A stretch of DNA of 64,000 nt. It comes from Syntrophales bacterium (GTDB lineage: Bacteria > Desulfobacterota > Syntrophia > Syntrophales > PHBD01). Below the pieces are notes generated by a model. It worked only from the letters and a program-made list of their open reading frames with translations, made no database searches and was not told where the DNA came from. The position numbers were made by a program, and so were the translations under genes. This document shows, piece after piece, positions 17,538-28,346 of the stretch (position 1 is its first letter; each line of letters starts with the position of its first letter). The stretch spans positions 4,192,001-4,256,000 of the forward strand of contig OY764159.1 in assembly GCA_963668175.1 (NCBI GenBank). The letters are read 5' to 3'.

Positions 17538-19673
17538 TCACATGACATTTATGTATTTGTTCACTTTTTTTTGTTCCCGGATAAGCTTGTATCGGGAAAT
17601 ACCCAGCCTCCGGGCAGCCTCCGTCTTGTTGCCCTTGCTCATGGCCAGGGCTTCCGACAGGAGCTTGCCTTTCAAGTCTGTGGCAATCTTTTCAGTCACA
17701 GTCCCGTAATCCATACCTTCCTCGATCAGCGGCGGCAACAGGTTTTCAATCGGCATTTCCGGTTCCCTTTTGCCGGTGACCGCTTTAATCTCAGCCGGCA
17801 GGTGATCTCTGGTAATCACATCACCCAGATTTTGCAGGATCATAACCCTTTCGATGATATTTTTAAGTTCGCGGACATTGCCGGGCCAGGCATACGATTT
17901 AATCGCACTCTCCGCGTCCTTACTGAATACCTTGACCCTTTTACTGAATTTCTTGTTAAACTCCTCGACGAAATGTTGTGCCAGAAGGATAATGTCGTCC
18001 GGTCTTTCCCTCAAAGGGGGTATATGGATCGGAACAACGCTGATTCTATAGAACAGATCCTCCCGAAAAGAACCGTCGGCAACCATCTTATTCAGATCCT
18101 TATTGGTTGAAAAGACGAACCTCACGTCGACGGGGATATTGTCGATGCCGCCAAGTCTCCGTATGTATCCGTCTTCAAGCATCCGCAGAAATTTGGCCTG
18201 CAATTGGATGCTCATGTCGCCTATCTCGTCGAGCAGCATCGTTCCACCGTTGGCGTGTTCCAACAGACCGATTTTTCTCTTCCTCGCATCGGTAAAGGCA
18301 CCCGCCTCATAACCAAACAGCTCGCTTTCGAGCAACGTCCCCGGAATGGCGGCGCAATTGACGTCGACAAAGGGCTTGGTGCTGCGATTGCCCTGCCTGT
18401 GGATAGCCCTGGCGATCAGTTCCTTGCCCGTACCGCTTTCTCCCCGGATGAGCAGATTGGTATTATGGCTTGCCACTTCCCCTATGAGATGAAATATGGC
18501 CACCATCTCTTTCGATTTTCCCCGGATGTTATGGAAACCGAGGAGCCTGTCTTCCCGTTCTTTGAGTTTCTCCACTTCCGTTTTCAAAGACCGGGCTTCC
18601 TGGAAAAGAACGGAGTGCATAATGGAATTGTCGTAAGACGCTGCGGCATTCTTCACCAGGACATCCAGAAGATTGATCTGGTCCTGAGTATAAATACCTT
18701 TCTTCTTGGCCAGATAGAGCGCACCTCTGTATCGATCCTTCATATTGAGGGGTATAACGATTTCACGGGGGTAAACATCGAAAAGAGGAGGGGCATGAAC
18801 ATTGGTTCCCGGCTGTTGAACGATGATGATATTGGAGTCCATTGACTTGCCGATGATCCCCTTTAATATTTTCTCTTCGAATGCGTTCTTGTCGTCTTTG
18901 ATGATCTTCCTGCCGTCGTTTACCAGGCATTGCTTCTTGTGCAGATCCCAGAAGAAGACGAGCACCTCATCCGCGCGCGAGATATCGAGAGCGCTCTTGA
19001 CCAGCACATCTCTGATCCCGTTATCCAGAACATAGCTGCCGTTCATTGTGGATACGGCCTCCTGTAAGACCATAAGCTGCCTGATCTTCTCGGCATTCGT
19101 CTCAAAGAGCCTGGCATTGTGGATGATAATGCTGATCTGGCTTGCAAATGTCAGAAACAGATTGATTTCTTCCGGGAAAAATTTCGTCTCTTCTTCGCTC
19201 CAGGCTGCGAGGGACCCGATGACATCTTCGCCGATTTTGAGCGGTGCGCAAAAGATAGACCCTCTGCTATATATTTTCGTCAGCATCCGATCCGTTTCCG
19301 TGATCCGGTTATCGGTCGCCGCATTTTCTATGGCGATGTGCTGACCCGATTTCGCCACCTTGGTCGCCAGACAATCGTGATCGAGAATATTGACAAAGAT
19401 CGTGAAGGCCCTTTTTTCCTCCTCGGGCGTGTAATTCTTGACTACCTTGGTTTCCAGATACTGCCTCGATTCGTCAAACAGACGGATGATGCCTCGATCG
19501 AACCCGATGCTGTCCACAACCTCGTCAAGGATCTTGGCCAGGATGTCGTCGAGGCGGGAGGGGGCGGTCAAAAGCGTACTGATGCGAAAAATGCTCTTCA
19601 GGAGCTTGTCCTTATCCAACCGGGGTTTTTGTGATTTTAACATCGTTCCGTTATACTCCGCTCTCTTGGGCAT
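17538..19673 (-). CDS. GAF-domain sigma-54-dependent transcriptional activator (bEBP)
   Basis: GAF domain plus a second GAF-like region; GESGTGKE, ESELFG, GAFTDA, LLDEIG, WPGNVRELKN; C-terminal Fis-type HTH. Confidence 0.93.
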   Translation of the reverse strand: MPKRAEYNGTMLKSQKPRLDKDKLLKSIFRISTLLTAPSRLDDILAKILDEVVDSIGFDRGIIRLFDESRQYLETKVVKNYTPEEEKRAFTIFVNILDHDCLATKVAKSGQHIAIENAATDNRITETDRMLTKIYSRGSIFCAPLKIGEDVIGSLAAWSEEETKFFPEEINLFLTFASQISIIIHNARLFETNAEKIRQLMVLQEAVSTMNGSYVLDNGIRDVLVKSALDISRADEVLVFFWDLHKKQCLVNDGRKIIKDDKNAFEEKILKGIIGKSMDSNIIIVQQPGTNVHAPPLFDVYPREIVIPLNMKDRYRGALYLAKKKGIYTQDQINLLDVLVKNAAASYDNSIMHSVLFQEARSLKTEVEKLKEREDRLLGFHNIRGKSKEMVAIFHLIGEVASHNTNLLIRGESGTGKELIARAIHRQGNRSTKPFVDVNCAAIPGTLLESELFGYEAGAFTDARKRKIGLLEHANGGTMLLDEIGDMSIQLQAKFLRMLEDGYIRRLGGIDNIPVDVRFVFSTNKDLNKMVADGSFREDLFYRISVVPIHIPPLRERPDDIILLAQHFVEEFNKKFSKRVKVFSKDAESAIKSYAWPGNVRELKNIIERVMILQNLGDVITRDHLPAEIKAVTGKREPEMPIENLLPPLIEEGMDYGTVTEKIATDLKGKLLSEALAMSKGNKTEAARRLGISRYKLIREQKKVNKYINVM

Positions 19674-19714
19674 ATTCACCTTTCATCGCGATGCCGGTGT
19701 GAAAAAACGTCTTC

Positions 19715-20224
19715 TCAGACTTCCTTCAAGATGATGCTCAAGGCCGTTGTCAACTTGACCGTATCCTCATCCGCCTTTCTCAGTCTGGCGCTGACAATCC
19801 TGGATAAATTCAATAAAACGCGATAGCCGAGCTCATGATCCTTCTCGGCAAGCAGCAGGAATTCGTCCTTACTGATTTCATAAAGAATGCAGTCCGTCAA
19901 CGCCCTTATCGTTGCTGTCCGCTTCGATTCCTCCAGCAGCGCAATCTCGCCGAAAACCGCGTGATCTCCTGCACTGAGATGCGTGAATACCTTGCCCCGG
20001 TCCGCATCGTCGTCGTCCATACCCTCCAGGACCAGACTCTTGACGACCTCGACCGTGCCGTCATGCATGATATACATATGGTGGCCGACTTCCCCTTCCT
20101 TCATGATAACGTCACCCTTCTTGAAGGAGACCCGGTGCGTGATGCTGAGCAATTTCGCGATCTGCTCCCGCGACAGGTCTTTAAATAGGGCCGGCTCCGA
20201 TAAAAGCGTTATCTCATCGTTCAT
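19715..20224 (-). CDS. Stand-alone cyclic nucleotide-binding domain protein
   Basis: LFKDLS, IMKEGE.G..MYI..GTVEV, FGEIALL...RTATIRA; no HTH. Confidence 0.9.
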   Translation of the reverse strand: MNDEITLLSEPALFKDLSREQIAKLLSITHRVSFKKGDVIMKEGEVGHHMYIMHDGTVEVVKSLVLEGMDDDDADRGKVFTHLSAGDHAVFGEIALLEESKRTATIRALTDCILYEISKDEFLLLAEKDHELGYRVLLNLSRIVSARLRKADEDTVKLTTALSIILKEV

Positions 20225-20260
20225 GGCTTAGCCTCCTGAACTGGGCCTGCGTAAAGGTCA

Positions 20261-21442
20261 TCATATTTTATCGGGCATCGTTTTGGAAAGGATAACGGCA
20301 TAATCATCGGGCCCCACAATATAATCGTCATCGGGGTTGATGACGGCCTTCGATTCGTCCCTTTCGTAAAAGAAATCCTTCTTTGATTCCTTGATCTTTT
20401 CCTTGATAAAACGATCGATCGCCGACGTGTTGTCGGACAGCAGATCGTCCAGCCGCATGGCCTGCTTTTCCTTCAACAGGCCGATTAGAATAGCGTGCTG
20501 CTTCTTTCGGAAATATTGGGACAGCTCCAAAAAGGTCTTGCCGACAAAGGAACCGGGAATACCGACGCGCCAGAGCTTATTGGTATCGCCCAGAGAGATG
20601 ATGCTGTTGAAGACCCTCGGCAATCCAGGGGAATTAATGGCGCTTGCCAGAAGCGACCCGATATGCTCCCCTCGGATGATAATCTCGTCGACACCCGTTC
20701 TCTTCAAATGGGGCTTATTTTCACTATCCAGAATCTCGGCTATCGTCTTGACTTGCGGAGCAATGGACTTGATGGTCAGCGTAGCGAGGATCGTACGTTC
20801 GTCCACTTTATCCTTGGAACGCCCACCGGACAAATCCGCCATGATGAGGGCGAATTTCGCTTTGAGGATACCCGCGCGATGGAGAATATCCTCATGGATA
20901 AAATCTCCGCGAAGGAATTTGAGATCGTAGTTGTGATATTTCAATTTCAGGGATTCGATATCGTCGACGGCCAGTTCATTAATCAGGACGATCGGCGTAT
21001 CGCCCATGGGACCATACATCGTGAGGCCCTTCAGGGCATCTTCGGTGTGTTCGTTCCAGCCGCATATCACAATGTGGTTCTTTCCCTTGATCGTGTCCAA
21101 GCCCCTCCCCTCCTTCATTTTCTTTTCGACAAAAATGGACGCAATGGTTGCAGTGAACAACGACATCAAACCCACACCAAACACGATCAGGATCAAAGCA
21201 ACGATCCTCCCGCCTACGGATACGGGATATTTATCACCGTAACCCACGGTACCCATGGTTACAACAGCCCACCAGATGCTGTCCCAGATGCTTTGAATAT
21301 TCGGCTCGGGTACGTGGCTTTCGAAATAAAAGACGCTGACGGCTGCCAAGCATATAACGGCTAGCGTAATAATAGCAATCTGGAAAGACGCCTGCCGATA
21401 AAGTCTGCCTATGCTTTTAACCGCCCTTGATAGATTCGGCAT
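20261..21442 (-). CDS. 2-TM potassium channel with RCK (TrkA-N) domain
   Basis: WWAVVTMGTVGYGD selectivity filter; HIVICGWN Rossmann-type RCK domain. Confidence 0.9.
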   Translation of the reverse strand: MPNLSRAVKSIGRLYRQASFQIAIITLAVICLAAVSVFYFESHVPEPNIQSIWDSIWWAVVTMGTVGYGDKYPVSVGGRIVALILIVFGVGLMSLFTATIASIFVEKKMKEGRGLDTIKGKNHIVICGWNEHTEDALKGLTMYGPMGDTPIVLINELAVDDIESLKLKYHNYDLKFLRGDFIHEDILHRAGILKAKFALIMADLSGGRSKDKVDERTILATLTIKSIAPQVKTIAEILDSENKPHLKRTGVDEIIIRGEHIGSLLASAINSPGLPRVFNSIISLGDTNKLWRVGIPGSFVGKTFLELSQYFRKKQHAILIGLLKEKQAMRLDDLLSDNTSAIDRFIKEKIKESKKDFFYERDESKAVINPDDDYIVGPDDYAVILSKTMPDKI

Positions 21443-21520
21443 CGATTTTATCTCGATGAAAGGTATGATGAATAAAAAGAACAGGACCGGCCATACTCTC
21501 TGCCGCCAGCCCTGCCGCGA

Positions 21521-23554
21521 TTAACTCTTGTCGTAAGCAAAGAATTGCATGGTGAACACAGCTCTTCCCTGCGTGGCCGACCGCAGGTCCGTCGAATACC
21601 CGAACATGGCCCGCAAGGGGACCTTCGCCTTGATTTCGCTGATGGGACCTTTGGGAGCAATGGCCTGAATCTCGCCCTTGCGGGCATTGATATCTCCGAT
21701 AACCTCCCCCATAAACTCGGCGGGCGAGATGACATCCACCATCATGATCGGCTCCAGCAAAACGGGCTCGGCCAGCAGGCATCCGTCCCTGAAGGCCGAT
21801 GAGGCCGCAATCTTGTAACCCATCAGGGAGGATTCGCCTTCCTTCACCGAACCGCCCGAGAGTTCGATCCGAACGTCCACAACCGGGTATCCGCCCACGA
21901 CGCCGCTTTGCACGGCTTCGTTAATACCCTCGATGATGGCGGGATGAAATTCCTCGGGGATCGCCGCAGCGTCGAGGCGGTTGACAATCTCGTTGCCTGA
22001 GCCCCGCGGCAGGGGTTCCAGAGTGAGCCTGACGTGTCCGAAGTGCCGTTTGTCACCAAGTTCCTTTTCAAAGCGGCCTTCGATCTCAACCCTTTTCTGT
22101 ATGGTTTCCCTATAGACAACCCGCGGTTTTCCTATGTTCACATGGGCGTTGAATTCCCTGGTCAGCCGGTCGATAAGGATTTCCAGATGCAATTCTCCCA
22201 TACCGGAAATAATGGTCTGGGCGGTTTCGTCTTCGTATTTGAACTTGAAAGTCGGGTCTTCTTCCATGAACTTTGACAAGGCCAGGGTCAGCCTTTCCTG
22301 ATCGGCCGGTGTCTTGGCTTCGACGGCCTGGCTGATCACGGGTTCGTAGAACTCGATGGACTCCAGAAGGATCGGATTTTTTTCATCGCATAGGGTATCT
22401 CCCGTAGTCGCATCCTTGAATCCCATGACTCCGACGATGTCGCCCGCACCGGCGCGTTCGATTCTTTCCCGTTTGTTGGCATGCATCTTAAGCAGCCGGG
22501 CGATCTTCTCTTTCCTCTTTTTGCTCGCGTTATAGACATCCTCCCCGACCTGCAACTGCCCGGAATAGATCCTCAGATACGTCAGTTTCCGTCCCTCGTC
22601 CTGCATGACCTTGAAAACAAGGGCGGCCATCGGTTCCTTGGCGTTGCTCGCTCTGGTTTCCTCCAGGCCTGTTTTGGGGTTGATCCCTTTTACGGCAGGG
22701 ACGTCCTCCGGTGAAGGCAGGTACAGCACAACGGCATCCAGAACGGGCTGCACGCCCTTGTTCTTCAGGGCCGATCCGCACATGACCGGCACAAGCTTAA
22801 GAGAGATGGTTGCCTGACGGACGGCCCTGACGATATCCGCCTCGGATATCTCTTCACCGGCCAGATATTTTTCGGCCAGGGCATCGTCCACATCGGCGAG
22901 CGTCTCGATCATCTTTTCCCTCTGGGTTTCTGCCTCGGGAAAAATGTCGTCGGGAATATCCGAAGTCGTAAAAGACACACCAAGCGTGCTGTCGTCCCAG
23001 GATATAACCCGTCGCCGGATCAAATCCACCACCCCCCGGAATGAATCCTCCCGACCCAACGGTATCTGGACAGGCAAAGGAATGGAATTGAATCTCTCCT
23101 TCATCATCGCGACCGTTCCGAAGAAGTCCGCCCCTATCCGATCCATTTTGTTGATGAAGGCTATTTTCGGCACACCGTATTTATCCGCCTGATGCCAGAC
23201 CGTCTCCGACTGGGGCTCGACCCCTCCGACGGCGCAAAACACAACGACGGCTCCATCAAGGACCCGCAGCGACCGTTCGACCTCGATCGTAAAATCCACA
23301 TGCCCGGGCGTATCGATGACGTGGATTTCATGGTTGTTCCACTCGCAGGTCGTCACCGCCGACGTAATGGTTATCCCCCGCTCCTGCTCCTGGGGCATCC
23401 AATCCATGACAGCCTGCCCGTCATGCACTTCGCCCATCTTGTAAGACCGGCCCGTATAAAAAAGGACCCTTTCCGTCACGGTCGTCTTCCCGGCATCGAT
23501 ATGGGCCACGATACCAATGTTCCTTATGCGGGACAATTTCGTTTTTGGGGCCAT
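21521..23554 (-). CDS. fusA: Elongation factor G paralog (outside the str operon)
   Basis: [46 protein letters not shown]. Confidence 0.9.
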   Translation of the reverse strand: MAPKTKLSRIRNIGIVAHIDAGKTTVTERVLFYTGRSYKMGEVHDGQAVMDWMPQEQERGITITSAVTTCEWNNHEIHVIDTPGHVDFTIEVERSLRVLDGAVVVFCAVGGVEPQSETVWHQADKYGVPKIAFINKMDRIGADFFGTVAMMKERFNSIPLPVQIPLGREDSFRGVVDLIRRRVISWDDSTLGVSFTTSDIPDDIFPEAETQREKMIETLADVDDALAEKYLAGEEISEADIVRAVRQATISLKLVPVMCGSALKNKGVQPVLDAVVLYLPSPEDVPAVKGINPKTGLEETRASNAKEPMAALVFKVMQDEGRKLTYLRIYSGQLQVGEDVYNASKKRKEKIARLLKMHANKRERIERAGAGDIVGVMGFKDATTGDTLCDEKNPILLESIEFYEPVISQAVEAKTPADQERLTLALSKFMEEDPTFKFKYEDETAQTIISGMGELHLEILIDRLTREFNAHVNIGKPRVVYRETIQKRVEIEGRFEKELGDKRHFGHVRLTLEPLPRGSGNEIVNRLDAAAIPEEFHPAIIEGINEAVQSGVVGGYPVVDVRIELSGGSVKEGESSLMGYKIAASSAFRDGCLLAEPVLLEPIMMVDVISPAEFMGEVIGDINARKGEIQAIAPKGPISEIKAKVPLRAMFGYSTDLRSATQGRAVFTMQFFAYDKS

Positions 23555-23615
23555 AATGAGTGTCTATCCTGAAAACATCCGGTCGGCAAATTCCTGGCTG
23601 CCCGCCCGGCGGGGA

Positions 23616-24230
23616 TTATTTTTCTCCCGGTCCTTTCATATCTTTGAATTCAAAGGCCTGTTTCGTGCTGACATGACCTTTGATCGAATCGACCTCTTTT
23701 CCTTCCACCAATATCCGTACCCTTTTGATAGCAGGAATATTCACAACCAGGGTATCCGTCAGGGAATAAACCGTAGCTACTTCGCTAGCGGTGCCGCCGG
23801 GATGATCCTTTACGAAGCTCTTGTTGAAATTAATCTCGGCAATTCCATTTTCCCTTATCCTGACACCCTGTACTTCGGTTTTTGGCGGAAAAGTCGCTAT
23901 TTTACCGCTTTTGGATCCTTCGATCAGGGCCTTGACGAGTTCCTTGGCCTGCTCGGTATCGTTTGCCTCCTTGGCAATCAACCTCTTTTCCGCAGACAGA
24001 TAGCGTTCATTGGACTCGGAAAAGAAAAGCGTATATTCCTGCTTCTCCTTCTTCCGGACGCCTCCTTTTCCTGCCGTCGGGGGAAAGATGGTATCGAACA
24101 AAGTCACAAACAGAAAGATGAGCAATCCGATAACGGTTACGATGATTCCCGACAGGAGCACCGTCTGCATGTTGTGCTTCTTCTTTTTGTCCTTGATTTC
24201 CGTCACTCTGCGTTGTTTTTTCGATGCCAT
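23616..24230 (-). CDS. GerMN domain membrane-anchored protein
   Basis: Basic N-terminus, one TM helix, LFF...YL.AEKR, ALIEG, VYSL..TL, VRILVEG....I.GH. Confidence 0.8.
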   Translation of the reverse strand: MASKKQRRVTEIKDKKKKHNMQTVLLSGIIVTVIGLLIFLFVTLFDTIFPPTAGKGGVRKKEKQEYTLFFSESNERYLSAEKRLIAKEANDTEQAKELVKALIEGSKSGKIATFPPKTEVQGVRIRENGIAEINFNKSFVKDHPGGTASEVATVYSLTDTLVVNIPAIKRVRILVEGKEVDSIKGHVSTKQAFEFKDMKGPGEK

Positions 24231-24333
24231 GGCTCTGAGATGCGCCTGCAGAAGCGTATGCTCCCGCAAAGCAGACTATAGTCTTGTCAAAGCACGAAGG
24301 TTTTACGGAAAAACCATCGTGCGGATCCTAATG

Positions 24334-25095
24334 TTAACGATTAAGAGCCCTCAGGCTCTCTTTCGCCTTGATACCGTATTCCGAATCGGGAGCGATCTTT
24401 ACGGCCTTCTGAAATGCGGCAATACCCTCCGCCCTCTTGAATTGTTTCAAATAACACTGCCCTAACCAATAATAAGCATCGACGAAATCGGGAACGAGTT
24501 CGATGGATTTTTTTAAGTGCCTGACAGCATTTTCATAATCTCCCCTGTTATAGCTCACGATTCCGATATCCCGCTCGATACCGGGAAGCAGGGGCGTATT
24601 GGGGTCCTTGGCAATAGCTTCATCGAATTTCGCAAGGGCGGTCTTGGAGTCGCCTTTCCGGTAGTAGGACCAGCCCATATTGAAGAGCGCGGCGGCCGGC
24701 GCGTCGTACAGAACGTTGGCCAGGGCCTTATTGAAATGCTCGATGGCCTTATCGTACAATCCCATCTGGTTGTAGACGGATCCCAGATACGTATGGGCCT
24801 GCGAGAAATCCGGCTGCAAATCTATGGCCTTCTTGAATTCAGCAATCGCCTTGTCCCGCAAATCCTTGCCCACATAAGCCACACCCAGAAAATAGTGGCT
24901 CTTTGCATCCCCATCATACAATTCATTCGCCTGAAGCAATTCCTTCAAGGCGTCATTGTATTGGCCCTGATTGAGGAAGGCAATCCCCAGGTCCGAATGG
25001 ATGGTCGCCTGGTTCTTCTGCCATTGGCTCGTACATCCCGTCAGCATGATCAGCAAAGCCGACATCCATATGACGATCGATTTCCCGTAATTCAT
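24334..25095 (-). CDS. TPR-repeat lipoprotein (PilF/Tgl pilotin-like)
   Basis: Lipobox LTGC followed by about 6 TPR repeats. Confidence 0.8.
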   Translation of the reverse strand: MNYGKSIVIWMSALLIMLTGCTSQWQKNQATIHSDLGIAFLNQGQYNDALKELLQANELYDGDAKSHYFLGVAYVGKDLRDKAIAEFKKAIDLQPDFSQAHTYLGSVYNQMGLYDKAIEHFNKALANVLYDAPAAALFNMGWSYYRKGDSKTALAKFDEAIAKDPNTPLLPGIERDIGIVSYNRGDYENAVRHLKKSIELVPDFVDAYYWLGQCYLKQFKRAEGIAAFQKAVKIAPDSEYGIKAKESLRALNR

Positions 25096-25124
25096 ATCGG
25101 ACTCCTCGGATACAGAGTATGTCT

Positions 25125-25709
25125 TTATTTTTCTTGAGAGTTGTTGCCGTTGACCCACCAATCGCTCTTATCTTTGAACCACCATTCGGCCGAATCGGTC
25201 TTCAGAATTCCATCCGCAACTTTTTTCGCATTATCCGTATGGAGACGCTTAAGGACGAATACGATCCAGTCTTTGCTGTATTTGTTACCGAGATCGCCGT
25301 ACTCCTTCAACTGGAGCAAAAGGGCCAACTGATCGGCATCGTGAGCGATGATGGATTCATTCGTCTTCTTCTCATTGAATTCGTTAATAATATCTTTTAT
25401 CTCTCCCCCGAAGAAGAGTGTACCGGTCAATTCCGCGACGGCCTTTTCTTCATGAACGGTGACGTACTTTTTGTTGACGTAATTCATGTCCCCCGTTCTT
25501 GCTTCCGGCAGATCATGGACCAGGCACATTTTCAACACCTTAAGCTCATCGGCGTTCTTGTCCATTTTGCAGAGCGTGTAGCCGATAAAGATCGTCCGCA
25601 GGACATGCTCGGCCACCGATTCCGAACCTGACCCTAAAAACTGGAAACCGCTTCTGGGCGTTTTCTGCAGCATGCCGACTTCAAACAAGAAATTAACGAT
25701 ATCCTGCAT
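25125..25709 (-). CDS. HD-domain phosphohydrolase (YfbR/HD_3-like)
   Basis: PRSGF, ESVAEH, HDLPEARTGD, DAD.L. Confidence 0.88.
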   Translation of the reverse strand: MQDIVNFLFEVGMLQKTPRSGFQFLGSGSESVAEHVLRTIFIGYTLCKMDKNADELKVLKMCLVHDLPEARTGDMNYVNKKYVTVHEEKAVAELTGTLFFGGEIKDIINEFNEKKTNESIIAHDADQLALLLQLKEYGDLGNKYSKDWIVFVLKRLHTDNAKKVADGILKTDSAEWWFKDKSDWWVNGNNSQEK

Positions 25710-25710
25710 G

Positions 25711-25929
25711 CTAATCCCTTTTGAGCACCATGATGCGGTTTTTCATCATTTCGGCGACCTTTTTGACTTGAAGCTGCAACGAGGCAACGCCTTCGGGTTT
25801 CATGGCGACCAATTTATCCAGGTGCGCCTTCCAGTACTCAAGCAGTTCGATCTCGCTGTCTTTCAGCTTCTTCTCATATCTCGCCTGCACGGCCTTGACG
25901 AAATTTTCCTGGCTGTCCATCTCTCCCAT
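25711..25929 (-). CDS. Small hypothetical protein
   Basis: GGAGG SD; helical 72-aa ORF abutting the HD gene. Confidence 0.7.
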   Translation of the reverse strand: MGEMDSQENFVKAVQARYEKKLKDSEIELLEYWKAHLDKLVAMKPEGVASLQLQVKKVAEMMKNRIMVLKRD

Positions 25930-26141
25930 AGATGTCCCTCCAAATCGGGTATCCATATATCATTTCAAACCAATCTTGCAACCATGAAATTCCGCAATGA
26001 TTTTCTCCAGCGCACTGTAAAACATCCTTTACTTTTAGTCCGATTGTTGGTTAAATCGCCATAACGGGTCAGAAACAGATTAAATGCGCAGTCTTTCCAG
26101 CCAACCCTTGACTTTCTGCATCCGTGTGGTGGTGGTGTTCA

Positions 26142-27758
26142 ATGCAAGACCGACCGTATGACCTCCTGATTTCAGGGGGTGTCGTATATAACGGCCTTGG
26201 AAACGCCGGCGTCGAGGCGGACATTGCCGTAAAAAACGACCGTATCGTCCATATCAACAGGGGGATTGACAGGAAATCCTCCAGCCGTGTCATCGAAGCG
26301 CGGGGCCTCGCCGTTGCCCCGGGCTTCATCGATCCCCACAGCCACACCGACATCGAACTGCTCGTCAACCCCAGGGCGGAAAGCAAGATCAGGCAGGGCG
26401 TCACGACCGAGATCGCCGGCAACTGCGGTTTTACTTATTTTCCATTGAGCATGAGGACATTCGAGGAGAAATGGGCCCTCCTGAAGAATGGCTACGGCCT
26501 CGATCTCGACTGGCGGGACATCCGGGGATTCCTGTCGCGCCTCGAACGGCAGGGCATCGCGGTCAATTACGGGACATTCCTGGGGCACGGGGCTTTACGG
26601 GAATCGGTCATCGGACTTGAAGACAGAATGTCCGAGGACAACGAGATTGAGGCGATGCAGGCCGTCGCAGAAACCTATATGCGGGCGGGGGCATTTGGCC
26701 TGTCGACGGGCCTTATTTACGCACCCGGAAGCTTCGCCCAGAGCGAAGAGATCGAGGCATTATGCCGGGTGGTTAAACGCTACGGGGGTATTTACACGAC
26801 CCATATGAGGGACGAAGGCGACTACCTCATCGAATCCGTCGAAGAGACGATCCGGGTCGCCCGCGAAACGGGTGTAAGCCTGCAGATATCGCACTTAAAA
26901 CTCGCCTATCCGAGAAACTGGTCGAAGATTCATCTCGTGCTCTCAAGGATATCCCAGGTCAGGGCCGACGGCATCGACGTCATGGCCGACCGCTATCCCT
27001 ATACCGCCACATCAACCTTCCTGAGCGTCTTTTTTCCTCGCTGGGTCAAAAACGGCAATATATCGGAAAACCTGAAACAACTGGCGGGAACAAACCGGGA
27101 GAAAGAGCTGCAGGCGTATATCAGAACGCAGGAGGAAAAGATCGGTTCGTGGGACAATATCCTCATCGCCTCCCTGCTTACGGAGGCGAACCAAAAGCAC
27201 GCCGGCAAAACCGTCCGCCAGGCGGCCGTCGAGTCGGGCAAAGACCCTTATACGTTCATCCGGGATCTGATCATCGCCGAAAACGACCAGGTCGGGATGA
27301 TCAATTTCTCCCTTAACGAAGAGACATTCAAGCGGATCATCATGCATCCGCTCGTCGTAATCGGCTCCGACGGATGGGCCCTGGCCCCTTATGGACGGCT
27401 GGCCAAGGACAAACCGCACCCCCGCTCCTACGGGACTTTCCCTCGCATGCTCGGCCGGTACGTTCGGGACGAGCGGATTTTGTCTCTGGGAAGGGCGATT
27501 GAAAAGATGACGTCCCTCACGGCGCAAAAATTCGGATTGACGGGAAGGGGCCGCATTCAGAAAGGTTACTATGCCGACATCGTCATCTTCGATCCGGATA
27601 CGGTCATGGACATGTCCACGTGGCAGGATCCCCACCGTTACCCGGTCGGAATCCCTTATGTCATCGTCAACGGGGAGTTGGTCATCGAAAACGGAGAGCA
27701 TACCGGCCGGCTGCCCGGCAGAATCCTGAGACACGAACCCAGACACCTGAATCTTTAG
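26142..27758 (+). CDS. N-acyl-D-amino-acid deacylase (amidohydrolase)
   Basis: APGFIDPHSHTD, QGVTTEIAGNCG, GLSTGL.Y.PG, THMRDE, ISHLK, HPRSYGTFPR. Confidence 0.92.
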   Translation: MQDRPYDLLISGGVVYNGLGNAGVEADIAVKNDRIVHINRGIDRKSSSRVIEARGLAVAPGFIDPHSHTDIELLVNPRAESKIRQGVTTEIAGNCGFTYFPLSMRTFEEKWALLKNGYGLDLDWRDIRGFLSRLERQGIAVNYGTFLGHGALRESVIGLEDRMSEDNEIEAMQAVAETYMRAGAFGLSTGLIYAPGSFAQSEEIEALCRVVKRYGGIYTTHMRDEGDYLIESVEETIRVARETGVSLQISHLKLAYPRNWSKIHLVLSRISQVRADGIDVMADRYPYTATSTFLSVFFPRWVKNGNISENLKQLAGTNREKELQAYIRTQEEKIGSWDNILIASLLTEANQKHAGKTVRQAAVESGKDPYTFIRDLIIAENDQVGMINFSLNEETFKRIIMHPLVVIGSDGWALAPYGRLAKDKPHPRSYGTFPRMLGRYVRDERILSLGRAIEKMTSLTAQKFGLTGRGRIQKGYYADIVIFDPDTVMDMSTWQDPHRYPVGIPYVIVNGELVIENGEHTGRLPGRILRHEPRHLNL

Positions 27759-27820
27759 CAGGCTGTTGAACGGCCGCGCAGGAAGGCGGCATCTTTCTTC
27801 AGCCGATGACCGTTCGTCAC

Positions 27821-28309
27821 CTACAGGGACTCATGTCCGTAGACCTTGAGAACCTTGTCCACGATATTGGTCGTCGACGCCCCTTCAACTTCGGGAACGA
27901 CAACGACGCGACCGCCCCAGGATCGAACTTCATCCCGTCCGACAATGTTCTCTTCCGCCCAGTCCCCGCCTTTTATCAGAATATCCGGTTTCAGATACTT
28001 GATCAGCTCAAGGGGCGTCGCTTCGTCAAAAATTGTGACATAGTCTATAGACGCCAGACCTGCCAAGACTTCGGCCCGTTCCTCCTGGGGAATCAACGGC
28101 CGCTTGTCACCTTTGATCGTCCGAACGGACGAATCGCTGTTCAGGGCCAGAACCAGAATATCGGCCGTTTTTTTCGCTCCTGCGAGATATCGGACATGGC
28201 CGACATGGAGGATATCGAAGCAGCCGTTGGTGAAGGCGATTTTCTTTCCTTCATCGCGGAGACGATCCAGTTCCTTCCTTAATGCTTCCTGCGACAAAAC
28301 TTTACTCAT
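27821..28309 (-). CDS. rfaE2: D-glycero-beta-D-manno-heptose 1-phosphate adenylyltransferase
   Basis: FTNGCFDILHVGH, LNSDSSVR.IKG..RP, KGGDW, STTNI. Confidence 0.92.
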   Translation of the reverse strand: MSKVLSQEALRKELDRLRDEGKKIAFTNGCFDILHVGHVRYLAGAKKTADILVLALNSDSSVRTIKGDKRPLIPQEERAEVLAGLASIDYVTIFDEATPLELIKYLKPDILIKGGDWAEENIVGRDEVRSWGGRVVVVPEVEGASTTNIVDKVLKVYGHESL

Positions 28310-28346
28310 TGGTCATCAAGCCCTTCAGTATCGTAGATCGTATTTG

